From the NCBI GenBank assembly GCA_002215645.1, contig NGFI01000005.1, forward strand, positions 114,678-178,677: a stretch of DNA of 64,000 nt, read 5' to 3'. The position numbers and the translations under genes are program-made. The stretch's first letter is position 1. Every line of letters starts with the position of its first letter. Shown piece after piece: positions 29,305 to 39,498 of this stretch. A model generated the notes under the pieces. The model was not told the origin of the DNA and did no database searches. It worked only from the letters and a program-made list of their open reading frames with translations. The stretch is from Gemmatimonadetes bacterium 2013_60CM_65_52. Its GTDB lineage: Bacteria > Gemmatimonadota > Gemmatimonadetes > Gemmatimonadales > Gemmatimonadaceae.

Positions 29305-29462
29305 CGGAGGCGACCAGGGTTGCATAGCGTGCGGTGCGGCGATGCTCACCGCTCTGCCGGCGTCGTTGCTCGATTGTGCGCCCAACGATCCAGCACGTTG
29401 GGTTGTCTCACCCTTTTGAAGGCGGCGACTGTTTTTCAGCATTTTCACTCCACAACGCCCGC

Positions 29463-32030
29463 ATGCACGCCGTCCGGACCACCATCCTTTGCGCGGTCGT
29501 CACTGCATCGCGTCTCCTGGCGCAGCAACCCTCTGCCGGATCTCCCTCTGCCGCGCGGGCTGTGGCCACCGCCATACGCGCCGAGCGTCCCCCGGTGATC
29601 GATGGACGCGACGACGACCCCGTGTGGGCGAGCGCCACCGTGACGAGTGAGTTCCTCGAGTTCCTTCCGACCGAGGGCAAGGCGCCGCGCTTCCGCACCG
29701 AGTTCAAGGTCGCCTACGATGACCGCAACTTCTACGTCTTCATCCGCGCATTCGATCCGCATCCCGACAGCATCATGACCGCGCTGACGCGTCGCGACAT
29801 TCGCGGGCCGTCGGATCAGCTCAAGCTCATGATCGACTCCTACAATGACCGGCGGTCGGGGTTCGAGTTCGCGGTGAATCCGAACGGCGTGAAGCGGGAT
29901 TACGCGATGTACAACGACAACACGGAGGACGTCGCGTGGGACGGTGTATGGGACGTCGCGACGCAGATCGATTCGCTCGGATGGACGGCGGAGTTCCGGA
30001 TCCCGTTCTCGCAACTGCGATACACCAACGCGCGCGAGCACGTGTTCGGGTTCGGTGTCTGGCGCGACGTCGAGCGGTTCAAGGAGCGCACGAGCTGGCC
30101 GCTCTATCGAAGCTCGCAATTCGGGATCTCCTCGCAACTCGGGTATCTCCGCGGCATCAACGACATCGCACCGTTCCGTCGGCTCGAGGTCGTGCCGTAC
30201 ACGATCGCCAAGAACGCATCGGTCGCGAACTCGAGCGCTGCGCCCGGCGCGTCGCCCTGGGGCCGCAAGCAGTCGATGTCCGGCGGGGCGGATGTGAAGT
30301 ACGGCGTTACGCCAAACCTCACTCTGGACGCCACCGTGAACCCTGATTTTGGTCAGGTCGAGGCGGATCCGTCCGTCGTGAACCTCACCGCCTTCGAGAC
30401 GTTCTTTCAGGAGCGCCGCCCGTTCTTCGTCGAGGGCACTGGCCTGTACAACTTTGCCATCGACTGTAGCATCGTCACCTGCAGCGGCGAGGGGCTGTTC
30501 TATTCGCGCCGCATAGGCCGAACGCCTCAGCTCTTCGGACTCTACGCCGATGCGTCTTCGTCGAACGTCTCACCGATCGTCGGTGCCTCGAAACTCACCG
30601 GCCGTCTGGCCGGCGGCCTGAACATCGGCTTGCTCGAGGCAGTCACGGGACGCGTCACAGGCACGCAGGACCGCACCACCGAGCCGAGGACCAACTTCAC
30701 GGTGCTTCGGGCGCAGCAGGATCTTCGCGAAGGGGCGACGAGCCTCGGCGTCATCGCCACGGGAGTGAGCCGCTCGCTCGACCAATGGTCCGATGCGTAT
30801 CTCCGGCGCGGCGCGTATGTCGTGGGAGGCAGGATCACCCATCGCTGGAGCCCGTCTCGCTACGAGATCACGGCCAATGCCTCGCGCAGCACGGTGATGG
30901 GATCTCGCCAGGCCATCCTGAGCACGCAGCTCAACTCCGTGCATCTGTATCAGCGGCCCGACGGCGACCTGTTCCTCGACTCCACGCGCACGTCACTCGT
31001 CGGCGATGAGGAACAGGTGACGTTCGGAAAGTTCGGCGGGAACATGGTCCAGTTCCAGACCGCGTACGATCGCCGGTCCGCCGGCTACGAGGTCAACGAT
31101 CTCGGATTCCTGCGCCGAGCCAATCAGCAGACGATCAACAACTGGATGGGGCTCAACTTCCGCACGCCGACGCCGGTGTACCGGTCGATGTCCGGCAACT
31201 TCAACGCGTGGGAGTACTGGACGATCGGCGGGTTGAAGCTCGAGCAAGGCGTAAACACCAACTGGCACATCAATCTCGCGAACAACATGTGGGTGCACCT
31301 GGGCGTTACGGTCAACAAGCTCGGTACAGCGTACTGCGACAACTGCGCGCGCGGAGGGCCGGCCGTTCGCATCTCGCCGCAGTACAACTACAACGTGGGT
31401 TGGCAAGGCGACGACCGGCGTCACGTCGTGCCGATGCTCTTCGTCAGCGCCGGCACGAGCGACGACGGGCGCTCCGGTTACTGGGACCTGAGCCCCGAGA
31501 TCCAGCTCGTGCCAATGTCGCAGCTTCAGCTCGACATCACCGGCGACTGGAGCACCAACCACGACAACACGCAGTGGCTTGGCAACTTCAGCGACGCGAG
31601 TGGGCAGAGGCACTATTCGTTCGCGCGCCTGGGGCAGGATACGCGCTCGCTCGGAGTGCGCGTGAGCTACACGGCGACGCCGACGCTGAGTCTCCAGATC
31701 TACTCTGCTCCGTTCGTCAGCAGCGGCACGTACTCCGACGTGCGCGAACTGAGCCCCAATCCGCGCGCATCGAGCTACGGCGATCGCTACGTCCGGTATG
31801 CGGCGCCAGCGAGCGTCCCCCTGGGCTTTGACGTCCTGCAACTCCGGTCCACGAGTGTGGGGCGCTGGGAGTTCCGTCCGGGCTCCACGTTCTTTGCGGT
31901 GTGGACGCACGGTCGCGACGGTTTCGATCCACGGTTTCGCGACCGGAGCTTCGGGTCGGCGTACAGCGATCTGTTCGCGCTCCATCCGAACAACACGTTC
32001 TTGCTCAAGCTGGCTTATTGGATCGACTGA
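29463..32030 (+). CDS. DUF5916 / carbohydrate-binding family 9-like outer-membrane-type protein
   Basis: The ATG at 29463 inside ORF 29334..32030 gives the signal MHAVRTTILCAVVTASRLLAQQ. The N-terminal CBM9/DOMON-like segment is PPVIDGRDDDPVWASATVTSEFLEFLPTEGK...FKVAYDDRNFYVFIRAFD. The rest is a long beta-rich body ending in ...LLKLAYWID. Confidence 0.7.
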   Translation: MHAVRTTILCAVVTASRLLAQQPSAGSPSAARAVATAIRAERPPVIDGRDDDPVWASATVTSEFLEFLPTEGKAPRFRTEFKVAYDDRNFYVFIRAFDPHPDSIMTALTRRDIRGPSDQLKLMIDSYNDRRSGFEFAVNPNGVKRDYAMYNDNTEDVAWDGVWDVATQIDSLGWTAEFRIPFSQLRYTNAREHVFGFGVWRDVERFKERTSWPLYRSSQFGISSQLGYLRGINDIAPFRRLEVVPYTIAKNASVANSSAAPGASPWGRKQSMSGGADVKYGVTPNLTLDATVNPDFGQVEADPSVVNLTAFETFFQERRPFFVEGTGLYNFAIDCSIVTCSGEGLFYSRRIGRTPQLFGLYADASSSNVSPIVGASKLTGRLAGGLNIGLLEAVTGRVTGTQDRTTEPRTNFTVLRAQQDLREGATSLGVIATGVSRSLDQWSDAYLRRGAYVVGGRITHRWSPSRYEITANASRSTVMGSRQAILSTQLNSVHLYQRPDGDLFLDSTRTSLVGDEEQVTFGKFGGNMVQFQTAYDRRSAGYEVNDLGFLRRANQQTINNWMGLNFRTPTPVYRSMSGNFNAWEYWTIGGLKLEQGVNTNWHINLANNMWVHLGVTVNKLGTAYCDNCARGGPAVRISPQYNYNVGWQGDDRRHVVPMLFVSAGTSDDGRSGYWDLSPEIQLVPMSQLQLDITGDWSTNHDNTQWLGNFSDASGQRHYSFARLGQDTRSLGVRVSYTATPTLSLQIYSAPFVSSGTYSDVRELSPNPRASSYGDRYVRYAAPASVPLGFDVLQLRSTSVGRWEFRPGSTFFAVWTHGRDGFDPRFRDRSFGSAYSDLFALHPNNTFLLKLAYWID

Positions 32031-32066
32031 TCCGGATTGGGCGGGGATGAGCTCCCGTGTATCAAC

Positions 32067-32417
32067 CTACGTCCCCTCCGTGTTCAGGGCGATGACCAGG
32101 ATCGTAACTGCCGTCACGAAGAGCAGGAGCGCCAGGTAGAGCGTGATTCGGGCTACTCTCCAGCCGTCTACGCCCGTAGTGGGGTTCTCCGTGCGCGAGC
32201 GCGTCCACCGAGCTGTTCCTCCGGCGAGCGAGTCGAGCGAAGAGGAACGATAAGTGGCACGTGCCATCTCCCGAGTTACGCCAGATGGCGAGGTGACGGC
32301 ACCGGCTTGGGCTCCCGCTCCCACGCCAAGGCCGAAAACAAGAACGCTGGCCGGGACCAGGCAGCGGATCCTTCCGACAGCCTTCGAGACGGGTGACCCG
32401 GACTCGATGATGGTCAT
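32067..32417 (-). CDS. small bitopic membrane protein, tandem paralogue 2
   Basis: 116 aa with an N-terminal signal anchor and a C-terminal TM. It shares PVSKAVGRI...GLGVGA.AQAG..TSPSGVT.EMARA...SLDSLA.G.ARW...RITLY.AL.LF with 32525..32878. Confidence 0.6.
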   Translation of the reverse strand: MTIIESGSPVSKAVGRIRCLVPASVLVFGLGVGAGAQAGAVTSPSGVTREMARATYRSSSLDSLAGGTARWTRSRTENPTTGVDGWRVARITLYLALLLFVTAVTILVIALNTEGT

Positions 32418-32524
32418 GTCGCTTCACGTATAGTGGGAAGTGACCGCAAGGAGCCACTAGCGCCGTCGTCAGAAACGATATCCGCGCGACGGGCCCAGTG
32501 CACATGGACTCTAGGGGTACCAGC

Positions 32525-32878
32525 CTAACTCCTCCTGTCAGACTGGAGGATGAGAATGAAGATTGTGGCTGCCGAGATGAAGAGCACGAGTGCCACGTAA
32601 AGTGTAATTCGGCTGGCCCTCCATGCGTCCATGTCCATTGTGAGCTTCTCTATGCCCGACGCCGCCCACCGAGCCCTGCCTGCGGCGAGCGAGTCGAGCG
32701 AAGCGGGACGCTCTCTGGCACGCGCCATCTCCTGAGTCACGCCAGACGGCGATGTGATGGGACCGGCCTGGGCTTGCGCTCCGACGCCGAGGCCGAGCAC
32801 CATGACGGTGGCTAGGGCCAGCAACGAGATTCTTCCAACAGCTTTCGACACGGGTGGCCGGAACTTGATCTTGGTCAT
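32525..32878 (-). CDS. small bitopic membrane protein, tandem paralogue 1
   Basis: 117 aa with the same architecture as 32067..32417. It starts 45 nt after the stop of the upstream lipoprotein gene. Confidence 0.6.
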   Translation of the reverse strand: MTKIKFRPPVSKAVGRISLLALATVMVLGLGVGAQAQAGPITSPSGVTQEMARARERPASLDSLAAGRARWAASGIEKLTMDMDAWRASRITLYVALVLFISAATIFILILQSDRRS

Positions 32879-32923
32879 GCGACCTCGCCTGGATGGAAGT
32901 ATCGAGAGAGGTAACCGGCGGCA

Positions 32924-34426
32924 TCAGAAACCCATCTGTCCCAGTAGATACGCGTGGGCCGTCGCGCCTGGCGTCTGCGCGTTCCAACCCGTGAAGACGC
33001 TGATTTGCGCGTTCTGCCAATAGCACTCGTTATACCAGCTGCCGTTGTTGATTGGAGCACCCACGCAGTCGTGCACACGGTTGTTACGGAAGCCGAGGTC
33101 TGACGCCGTCCCCTGAGAAATACCGAACTCATAGCCGTAGTCGTACGAGTAGCTACAATCATCGCTGTACAGAGCGCCTCGCCCGCACGAGCCGACGTCG
33201 CGGTAATTGCCGTGCTTACCGTAAGACGCATAGATCTTGGGGCGCACGCGAATTTCATTCGAGTAGTACTCGAGCGCATTCCAGTCGCCTCCCCATGAAG
33301 AGTCCGTGCCCCACGATGCGCCATAGTGCGCGGAGAGGAACACGCTGAATAGCACCCAACGCCCAGAACCCGGATAGGTCTCGCCCACGGTCATTGTGAT
33401 GAACTCGGAGTCGCCGTAATGCGCCAGACCCGTCTGCATCCGGTTATTGCAATCCCGGCCATACGAAATGGCGTAGAAAATCTGGATGCGCTGGCTACCG
33501 CTCACGTCCCGGGCCGCCCAGTAGGGTGACCGCGCGTTGCATGGTTCATCGGAGTTGAAAATGAGGTGCGGCCGGAATTCCCATGCGATCGCTTGTCGAC
33601 AGGAGGCGTTCACCTGCTCTCCGGGCGACAGCAACGCCGCGTTCACACAATCGTTGTATGTCTGGCTGCCTGGCAGCACGACATAATACCAGATTGGTGC
33701 TCCGCCGCCGCCACAATCAAGGGGGTCGCAAGGCACAGCGTTCTGATGAAGATCACCCGACGCGATTGTCCGTCCGTGGTGCTTCGTGGCTGCAGCGCGC
33801 GTGGTTTCTGGGGAGAGGCCGAAGGCCTGATACGCGGGACCGATGAGCATGTAGGCCACACCTTCCGGTCCGGCGACGTTCACAGTGACACGCTGACCTG
33901 CCGCGTCGTAGCCTTCCGTGCTCGAAAGCTTGCCCGCTAGGGTCAGCCGCGCCAGGACTTGGATGCTCGTAGCCGTTCCGATGACGGGGATCGGCCTCGT
34001 TGCATCCCAGTTGAGACGGTCGCCAGAGCGGGGCACGGAGAGGAAGAGTCCATCTGCGGAATTTGGTCCCAGCGCGCTCTGGACACGTCCCTCCGGGAGA
34101 CCAAGCGCAGCGGCAATACCGTGAAGAACCCGGGCACCCCGAGCGCCGCGGAGATACGGACCCACAGGTAAACTGTGCTGCTCGAACGGACTGTCGCGCA
34201 TATCGTCGAGCAGCTGCTGCCGGATCTCCGGCGATGCCATCGCGAGCGCGAGGCCTTTCGCCAACAAAGCCACGCCGCTGCTGTCCGCGCGCCAACTTTC
34301 CGCCGCGGAAGAGGCCATCGGCTCCGGGACGCTTACGAGGCGTTCGGGTGTGTGCTCACACCCAACGATGCTGAGCCCCGCAATGCCGAGTGCGAGTACG
34401 TTGATCATCCGGTGCTTTGTCATCAT
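32924..34426 (-). CDS. Cys-rich secreted lipoprotein with Vps62/DUF946-like C-terminal region
   Basis: GGGAG lies 7 nt before the ATG at 34426. The lipobox is LSIVGCEH. The segment IQIFYAISYGRDCNN...GLAHYGDSEFITMTVGETYPGSGRWVLFSVFLSAHYGASW parallels the FxPFNG...GEHVGDWEHxTLRI...W.VYFSQHSGG.W signature of Vps62/DUF946 as I recall it. There are many cysteines. Confidence 0.7.
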   Translation of the reverse strand: MMTKHRMINVLALGIAGLSIVGCEHTPERLVSVPEPMASSAAESWRADSSGVALLAKGLALAMASPEIRQQLLDDMRDSPFEQHSLPVGPYLRGARGARVLHGIAAALGLPEGRVQSALGPNSADGLFLSVPRSGDRLNWDATRPIPVIGTATSIQVLARLTLAGKLSSTEGYDAAGQRVTVNVAGPEGVAYMLIGPAYQAFGLSPETTRAAATKHHGRTIASGDLHQNAVPCDPLDCGGGGAPIWYYVVLPGSQTYNDCVNAALLSPGEQVNASCRQAIAWEFRPHLIFNSDEPCNARSPYWAARDVSGSQRIQIFYAISYGRDCNNRMQTGLAHYGDSEFITMTVGETYPGSGRWVLFSVFLSAHYGASWGTDSSWGGDWNALEYYSNEIRVRPKIYASYGKHGNYRDVGSCGRGALYSDDCSYSYDYGYEFGISQGTASDLGFRNNRVHDCVGAPINNGSWYNECYWQNAQISVFTGWNAQTPGATAHAYLLGQMGF

Positions 34427-34597
34427 TGCCAGGCTCCCTTAGGTTGATGATTGTCGCGCGGATGAGCTTATGCCGCGCGCGGATTTGCACCGTCACAGCA
34501 TGGGCAATGAGCGAGTGGCCGCCTGCCTGCCGAGGGCGCGCCGAAGCTTCCGGGATGGCGAAAGGCGAGGTAATACGCGCAAGTTTGCGGCGGAGCC

Positions 34598-35143
34598 ATG
34601 AGCGACAAACCGAACCCGCCTCCCGCGCGCTGGCACAGAGCTGCCGGCGATCACCGTGCCGCGGCGAGGGAGTTCGCGGCCCGCATCGAAGCGGTGCCGA
34701 GTGAGCAGTGGCTCGCGCCCGCTGCACCCGGGAAATGGAGCCCCGCGGAAGAGGCGCTGCACATACAGAACGTCTACGACGTGCTGCTCGCCACACTGAA
34801 CGGCGGCCCTGGGCTGCGTTCCCGGGTCAGTGAACGGCGTGCGCTATTCATACAACGTGTGATGTTCCCGCTCTTCCTCGCCGTCGGAAGGTTACCCCGA
34901 GGCTTCCGCGCCCCGCGCGAGGTGAGCCCGAACCTTGTCGAGGCCGGACGATTGACGCCGAAGAATCGCTCCGCCGAGATCCGGCGTCTGGCGACAGAGT
35001 TCGAGGAGGCGCTGGCCGCCGCAGAGGCTGCGGGCCGAACAATCGCCCTGCGGCATCCGTACTTCGGGTTGCTGAACGGGGTGCTCAGCCTTCGATTTGT
35101 CGCGCTCCACACGCGCCATCACCTGCGGAACCTCCCGCGCTGA
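34598..35143 (+). CDS. DinB-family (DinB_2) protein
   Basis: Four-helix DinB pattern: ...WSPAEEALHIQNVYDVLL... and a C-terminal ...FVALHTRHHLRNL. Size 181 aa. Confidence 0.75.
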   Translation: MSDKPNPPPARWHRAAGDHRAAAREFAARIEAVPSEQWLAPAAPGKWSPAEEALHIQNVYDVLLATLNGGPGLRSRVSERRALFIQRVMFPLFLAVGRLPRGFRAPREVSPNLVEAGRLTPKNRSAEIRRLATEFEEALAAAEAAGRTIALRHPYFGLLNGVLSLRFVALHTRHHLRNLPR

Positions 35144-35166
35144 ACGGACGCCACCGGTCAGGACAC

Positions 35167-37359
35167 ATGAAGCATTCCATTCTCCTCACTCACGCCGCGG
35201 CACTGAGTCTTGCACTCGCGTCCCACGCACACGCCCAGTCGCTGCAATACCGATCTCCGGCCGGCGTGGAATACCGCGCACAGATCGACACCGGGCCGGT
35301 TGCGCGCGCCGAACGTGCACTGGCGGCGGACCCGGCCAACGCCCAGCGCTTCATCGCGCTGGGCACCGCGCAGGCCGGCGCTCGGCAGATGCAGGAGGCG
35401 GTGCAGACGTTCACACGCGCGCTCGTGGTCGCGCCGAATGACCCGATGCTCTACCGCTGGCGCGGACACAGAAATCTCTCCGTTCGCCATTTTGACGCGT
35501 CGATGGCGGACCTGACGCGGGGCTACGGGATCGACAGTCTCAATTACGGAATTCTCTATCACCTGGGCGTGCTCCGCTTCGTACGCGGAGACTTCAACGG
35601 GGCGGCCGACGCGTTTCGGCGCGCGCAGCCGAGAGCGCCCGATGGCAACGAGCTCGCAGGAGCCACCGACTGGCTCTGGATGTCGCTCCAACGCGCCGGC
35701 CGTTCGGCGGAGGCGACCGCGATGCTCGCGCGCCGTCCGGATTCGATACCGGTGACGAACGCCTACGGCAAGCGCCTCAAGCTGTATCGCGGAGAAATCG
35801 GCCCCGATGCGCTCTTTACGCCCTCCGATACCGGGGACGTGGACGTCGCGACGCTGAGCTTCGGGCTTGGAAACTGGTATCTCGTGAAAGGAGACACGGT
35901 GCGTGCACGAGCACAGTTCGAGCGCTCCGTCCGGTCTGGTGGATGGCCGGCCTTCGGGTTTATCGCCTCGGAGACGGAGCTGGCACGTATGCGCCCACGG
36001 GTGACGATCGACGCGGGCACGCTCGAGGGGCGTGTCGACTCGGCGAGTCGAATCCTGGTGTTCGAGGGCGTCCCCTATGCCGCGCCGCCTGTGGGTGCGC
36101 TCCGCTGGCGCCCGCCAGGCAACGCCGCGAGCTGGCAGGGTGTCCGCCGCGCGGACATGCTGGGGCACAACTGCGTGCAATTGCAGCCGTTCTCCGACAT
36201 CGATCCGTTCACGGCCGGCATCTCGGAGGACTGTCTCTATCTGAATGTCTGGACGCAAGCCACGACAGGTCGGCGGCCGGTGATGGTCTGGGTTCACGGT
36301 GGCGGCTTCTTCGCGGGCTTCGGAGGCGAGGAGCGGCACAATGGTTCAGTGCTGGCCGGCAAGGGCGCCGTGGTGGTCACGATCAACTATCGGCTTGGAC
36401 CATTTGGCTTTCTCGCACACCCGACACTCACGGCTGAGTCGCCACGGCACGCGTCGGGCAACTATGGAATCATGGATCAGATCGCGGCGCTACAGTGGGT
36501 CCAGAGGAACATCGCACGCTTTGGCGGCGATCCGTCGCGAGTGACGATCTTTGGCGAATCGGCTGGGGGATCGAGCGTCGGCACCCTCGTCGCATCGCCT
36601 CTGGCGAAGGGCCTGTTCCATCGAGCGATTCTCGAGAGCGGCACTGGCACCGACTACGCTGGAATGCAGCGAGACTCGGCGGAGAAGATCGGCGTGCGCG
36701 TTGCGCGGGAGCTTGGTGTCGCCGGTACCGACGCAAACGCAGTGGCGCGTTTACGCGAGGCGAGTGCGGACTCGGTGCTCGCAGCGTCGAGACGCGCAGC
36801 GGGAAGTGGCTCGGTGATTCACCGGCCGAACATTGACGGCTATGTCCTTAAGGCGCCCGTCGATTCCACCATTCTGCTTGGCAAGGCGAACCTCGTGCCG
36901 GTCATTGTCGGCACCAATGCGGACGAACCCGCGTCGGCGTTCGGAGCTCCGAGCCGAGCGTTCGCGCGGTTGGTGACGGCGCAGGGCGCGCCCGCATTTC
37001 TCTATCAATTCGCGCGCGTCGGGGACGACAGCGCCAATCGCAAGCGAGGCGCGTATCACAGCGCCGAGATCACCTTCGTGTTCGGACGATCACATCCCTT
37101 GCAGGCATCGGCCGGTCGCACCGCGTACGATTCCACGCTCGCTGACGCCATGAGCGACTACTGGATTGCATTCGCGGCAAGCGGAGATCCGAACGGCCCG
37201 CCTGCGGCTGGAAAGTGGCCACGCTGGCCGAAGTATGATCGTGCCGGCGACGCCTATCTCGAGCTCGGGCCGCGCATAGAGGCGAAACGCGAGATGCGGC
37301 GCGTTCTGTTCGACTCGCTCGACGTCATCGCACGCAAACAGGGCGAGGTGCGTCCATGA
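35167..37359 (+). CDS. TPR-like N-terminal domain fused to carboxylesterase (type B) domain
   Basis: Signal MKHSILLTHAAALSLALASHAHAQ, then about 260 aa of TPR-like repeats. The carboxylesterase core has VFEGVPYAAPPVGALRWRPP, VMVWVHGGGF, the nucleophile elbow FGESAGG, and HSAEITFVFG. Confidence 0.85.
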   Translation: MKHSILLTHAAALSLALASHAHAQSLQYRSPAGVEYRAQIDTGPVARAERALAADPANAQRFIALGTAQAGARQMQEAVQTFTRALVVAPNDPMLYRWRGHRNLSVRHFDASMADLTRGYGIDSLNYGILYHLGVLRFVRGDFNGAADAFRRAQPRAPDGNELAGATDWLWMSLQRAGRSAEATAMLARRPDSIPVTNAYGKRLKLYRGEIGPDALFTPSDTGDVDVATLSFGLGNWYLVKGDTVRARAQFERSVRSGGWPAFGFIASETELARMRPRVTIDAGTLEGRVDSASRILVFEGVPYAAPPVGALRWRPPGNAASWQGVRRADMLGHNCVQLQPFSDIDPFTAGISEDCLYLNVWTQATTGRRPVMVWVHGGGFFAGFGGEERHNGSVLAGKGAVVVTINYRLGPFGFLAHPTLTAESPRHASGNYGIMDQIAALQWVQRNIARFGGDPSRVTIFGESAGGSSVGTLVASPLAKGLFHRAILESGTGTDYAGMQRDSAEKIGVRVARELGVAGTDANAVARLREASADSVLAASRRAAGSGSVIHRPNIDGYVLKAPVDSTILLGKANLVPVIVGTNADEPASAFGAPSRAFARLVTAQGAPAFLYQFARVGDDSANRKRGAYHSAEITFVFGRSHPLQASAGRTAYDSTLADAMSDYWIAFAASGDPNGPPAAGKWPRWPKYDRAGDAYLELGPRIEAKREMRRVLFDSLDVIARKQGEVRP

Positions 37360-38330
37360 GCGTGCGTCGAGCTCTGACCGCGCTCGTTCTTGCGACGAGT
37401 GCTCTCCAGCTCGCGGCGCAGGAGCCCGCGGCACCGAAGCGCCCGCGCATCACGGGTGTATCGCACGCGGCGTTCTACGTGAGTGACATGGCGAAGGCCC
37501 GCGCGTTCTACGAAGGCTTCCTCGGCTTCGCGTCACCGTTCTCGATCCCGCGCCCAAAGGGCGGCGGCGAGCTGGTGTGGATCAAGATCAACGATCGTCA
37601 ATCGGTCGAGCTGTTTCCCGGCGCGGAAGTCGCGTCCGACGCGCCGAGGTTGTATCACGTGGCGCTCGAGGTGGACGACGCGGAGGCGATGCGAGTCTAT
37701 CTCCGCTCGCGCGGGGTCACGGTGCCCGATTCGACACCGGTTGGACGGATCGGCAACCGGAATTACTTCGTGCGGGATCCGAGCGGCAACATCGTCGAGA
37801 TCGTCCAATATCTGCCGGATGGATTCACGGCGCGTGAACGCGGACGCTTCATGCCCGAGACGCGAATCTCGACGCACTTGATGCACGTCGGCGTGATCAT
37901 CGCCCAACTCGACTCGGCCATGCGCTTCTACCGGGACATTCTCGGCTTGGCGGAGTTCTGGCGCGGGAGCGCCGACGACAGGACGTTGAGCTGGGTCAAC
38001 ATGCGCGTGCCGGAGGGGCAGGACTACATCGAGTTCATGCTGTACGACAAATATCCGACGCAGGATCGGATGCACTCGATGGAGCACATCTGTCTCGAGG
38101 TATCGAGCGTAGCGGGGGCGCAGTCGATTCTCTCCGAGCGCACGTTACCGGGTGGAAGCAAGTCGCCGTCGGCGGTCAGGGTGGGTATCAACGGGAAACG
38201 GCAGATCAATTATTTCGATCCGGATGGAACTCGCGTGGAGATCATGGAGCCCGTCACGGATGACGGGAGACCACGGCCGTCATCTAACGCTCCGGCGCCC
38301 GTAGGACAGCGCCAGAGCTCTACCCCCTGA
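37356..38330 (+). CDS. secreted two-module VOC (glyoxalase/bleomycin-resistance/dioxygenase) family protein
   Basis: It has a 4-nt overlap with the upstream gene. Signal MSVRRALTALVLATSALQLAAQ. The two VOC modules begin ITGVSHAAFYVSDMAKARAFYEGFLGF and LMHVGVIIAQLDSAMRFYRDILGL. Confidence 0.8.
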   Translation: MSVRRALTALVLATSALQLAAQEPAAPKRPRITGVSHAAFYVSDMAKARAFYEGFLGFASPFSIPRPKGGGELVWIKINDRQSVELFPGAEVASDAPRLYHVALEVDDAEAMRVYLRSRGVTVPDSTPVGRIGNRNYFVRDPSGNIVEIVQYLPDGFTARERGRFMPETRISTHLMHVGVIIAQLDSAMRFYRDILGLAEFWRGSADDRTLSWVNMRVPEGQDYIEFMLYDKYPTQDRMHSMEHICLEVSSVAGAQSILSERTLPGGSKSPSAVRVGINGKRQINYFDPDGTRVEIMEPVTDDGRPRPSSNAPAPVGQRQSSTP

Positions 38331-38335
38331 TCACG

Positions 38336-39427
38336 ATGGACCTCTCCGTGAATCCGCCCGTTCTACCGATGCTCGCCAAGCGGGTCGGCGAGCTTCCCGA
38401 AGGCGAGTCGTGGATCTTCGAGCCCAAATGGGATGGCTTTCGCACGCTCGTCTTTCGAGACGGCGACGAGATCTTTCTACAGAGCCGCGACGAGAAGCCG
38501 CTTGAGCGATATTTCCCTGATGTCATCGAGCCGTTGAAGGCGGCGCTTCCCGCGCAATGCGTGTTGGACGGCGAGATCGTCATCGCACGTGAGACGGGTC
38601 TGGACTTCGAGGCACTCCAGATGCGGCTCCATCCCGCCGCGTCGCGAGTGAAGAAACTCGCGGGCGAGCTGCCGGCATCCATCGTGTTCTTCGATCTCCT
38701 CTGCGAGGGCGCAGAGGATCTGCGGGGAGTTCCGTTCGCGGCGCGGCGAGACCGTCTCCAGGCTCTGGTGGCACATGCAAAGGCGCCGATTCATCTGACA
38801 CCTGCCACACGGGACCGCGTCGTCGCCGCCGATTGGTTCCGTCGATTTGAGGGAGCGGGGCTGGACGGCGTGATCGCGAAGAGTGAAGCGGGACTCTACG
38901 AATCGAACAAGCGTACGATGCTCAAGGTGAAACACGAGCGCGATGCCGACTGTGTGGTGGCGGGGTTCCGCTGGCACAAGCGTGGCGAGAAGACCTCCGT
39001 TGGATCGCTCCTCCTGGGGCTTTACGACGACAACGGGCATCTCGAGCACGTGGGCGTGTGTGCCAGCTTCACCAATGCGAAGCGGATAGAGCTCGTCGCG
39101 CACTTGTCGCCATATCGCAAGGATGCCATCGAGGACCATCCATGGCGCGAATGGGCGGAATGGGACGAACAGTCGCCGGAGACCGCGGCGCGCCGCCGGC
39201 CCGGCGCGCAGAGCCGGTGGAGTCAGGGCAAGGACCTGTCATGGGAGCCACTGCGACCAGAGCTGGTGGTGCAGGTGGCATACGATCACATGCAGGGCAC
39301 GCGATTCCGGCACACGGCGCAGTTTCGGCGGTGGCGGTCGGACAAGTCGCCGGCGGATTGCACCTTCGAGCAATTGGAGGTGGTAGCGCCACAGGAATTG
39401 ATGGAGATCTTCTCGAAGCTCGATTGA
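38336..39427 (+). CDS. ATP-dependent DNA ligase, stand-alone LigC-like (363 aa)
   Basis: The adenylation motif is EPKWDGFR, followed by LDGEIV, FFDLL, GLDGVIAK and KVKHERDADCVV. The size and absence of fused polymerase or phosphoesterase domains match LigC-type ligases. Confidence 0.9.
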   Translation: MDLSVNPPVLPMLAKRVGELPEGESWIFEPKWDGFRTLVFRDGDEIFLQSRDEKPLERYFPDVIEPLKAALPAQCVLDGEIVIARETGLDFEALQMRLHPAASRVKKLAGELPASIVFFDLLCEGAEDLRGVPFAARRDRLQALVAHAKAPIHLTPATRDRVVAADWFRRFEGAGLDGVIAKSEAGLYESNKRTMLKVKHERDADCVVAGFRWHKRGEKTSVGSLLLGLYDDNGHLEHVGVCASFTNAKRIELVAHLSPYRKDAIEDHPWREWAEWDEQSPETAARRRPGAQSRWSQGKDLSWEPLRPELVVQVAYDHMQGTRFRHTAQFRRWRSDKSPADCTFEQLEVVAPQELMEIFSKLD

Positions 39428-39498
39428 ATGAGACACGGAGAATGTGAGGAATGCGACTAACGACGGAGGGACCGAAGGGCGGAAAACGAAGCTGAATG

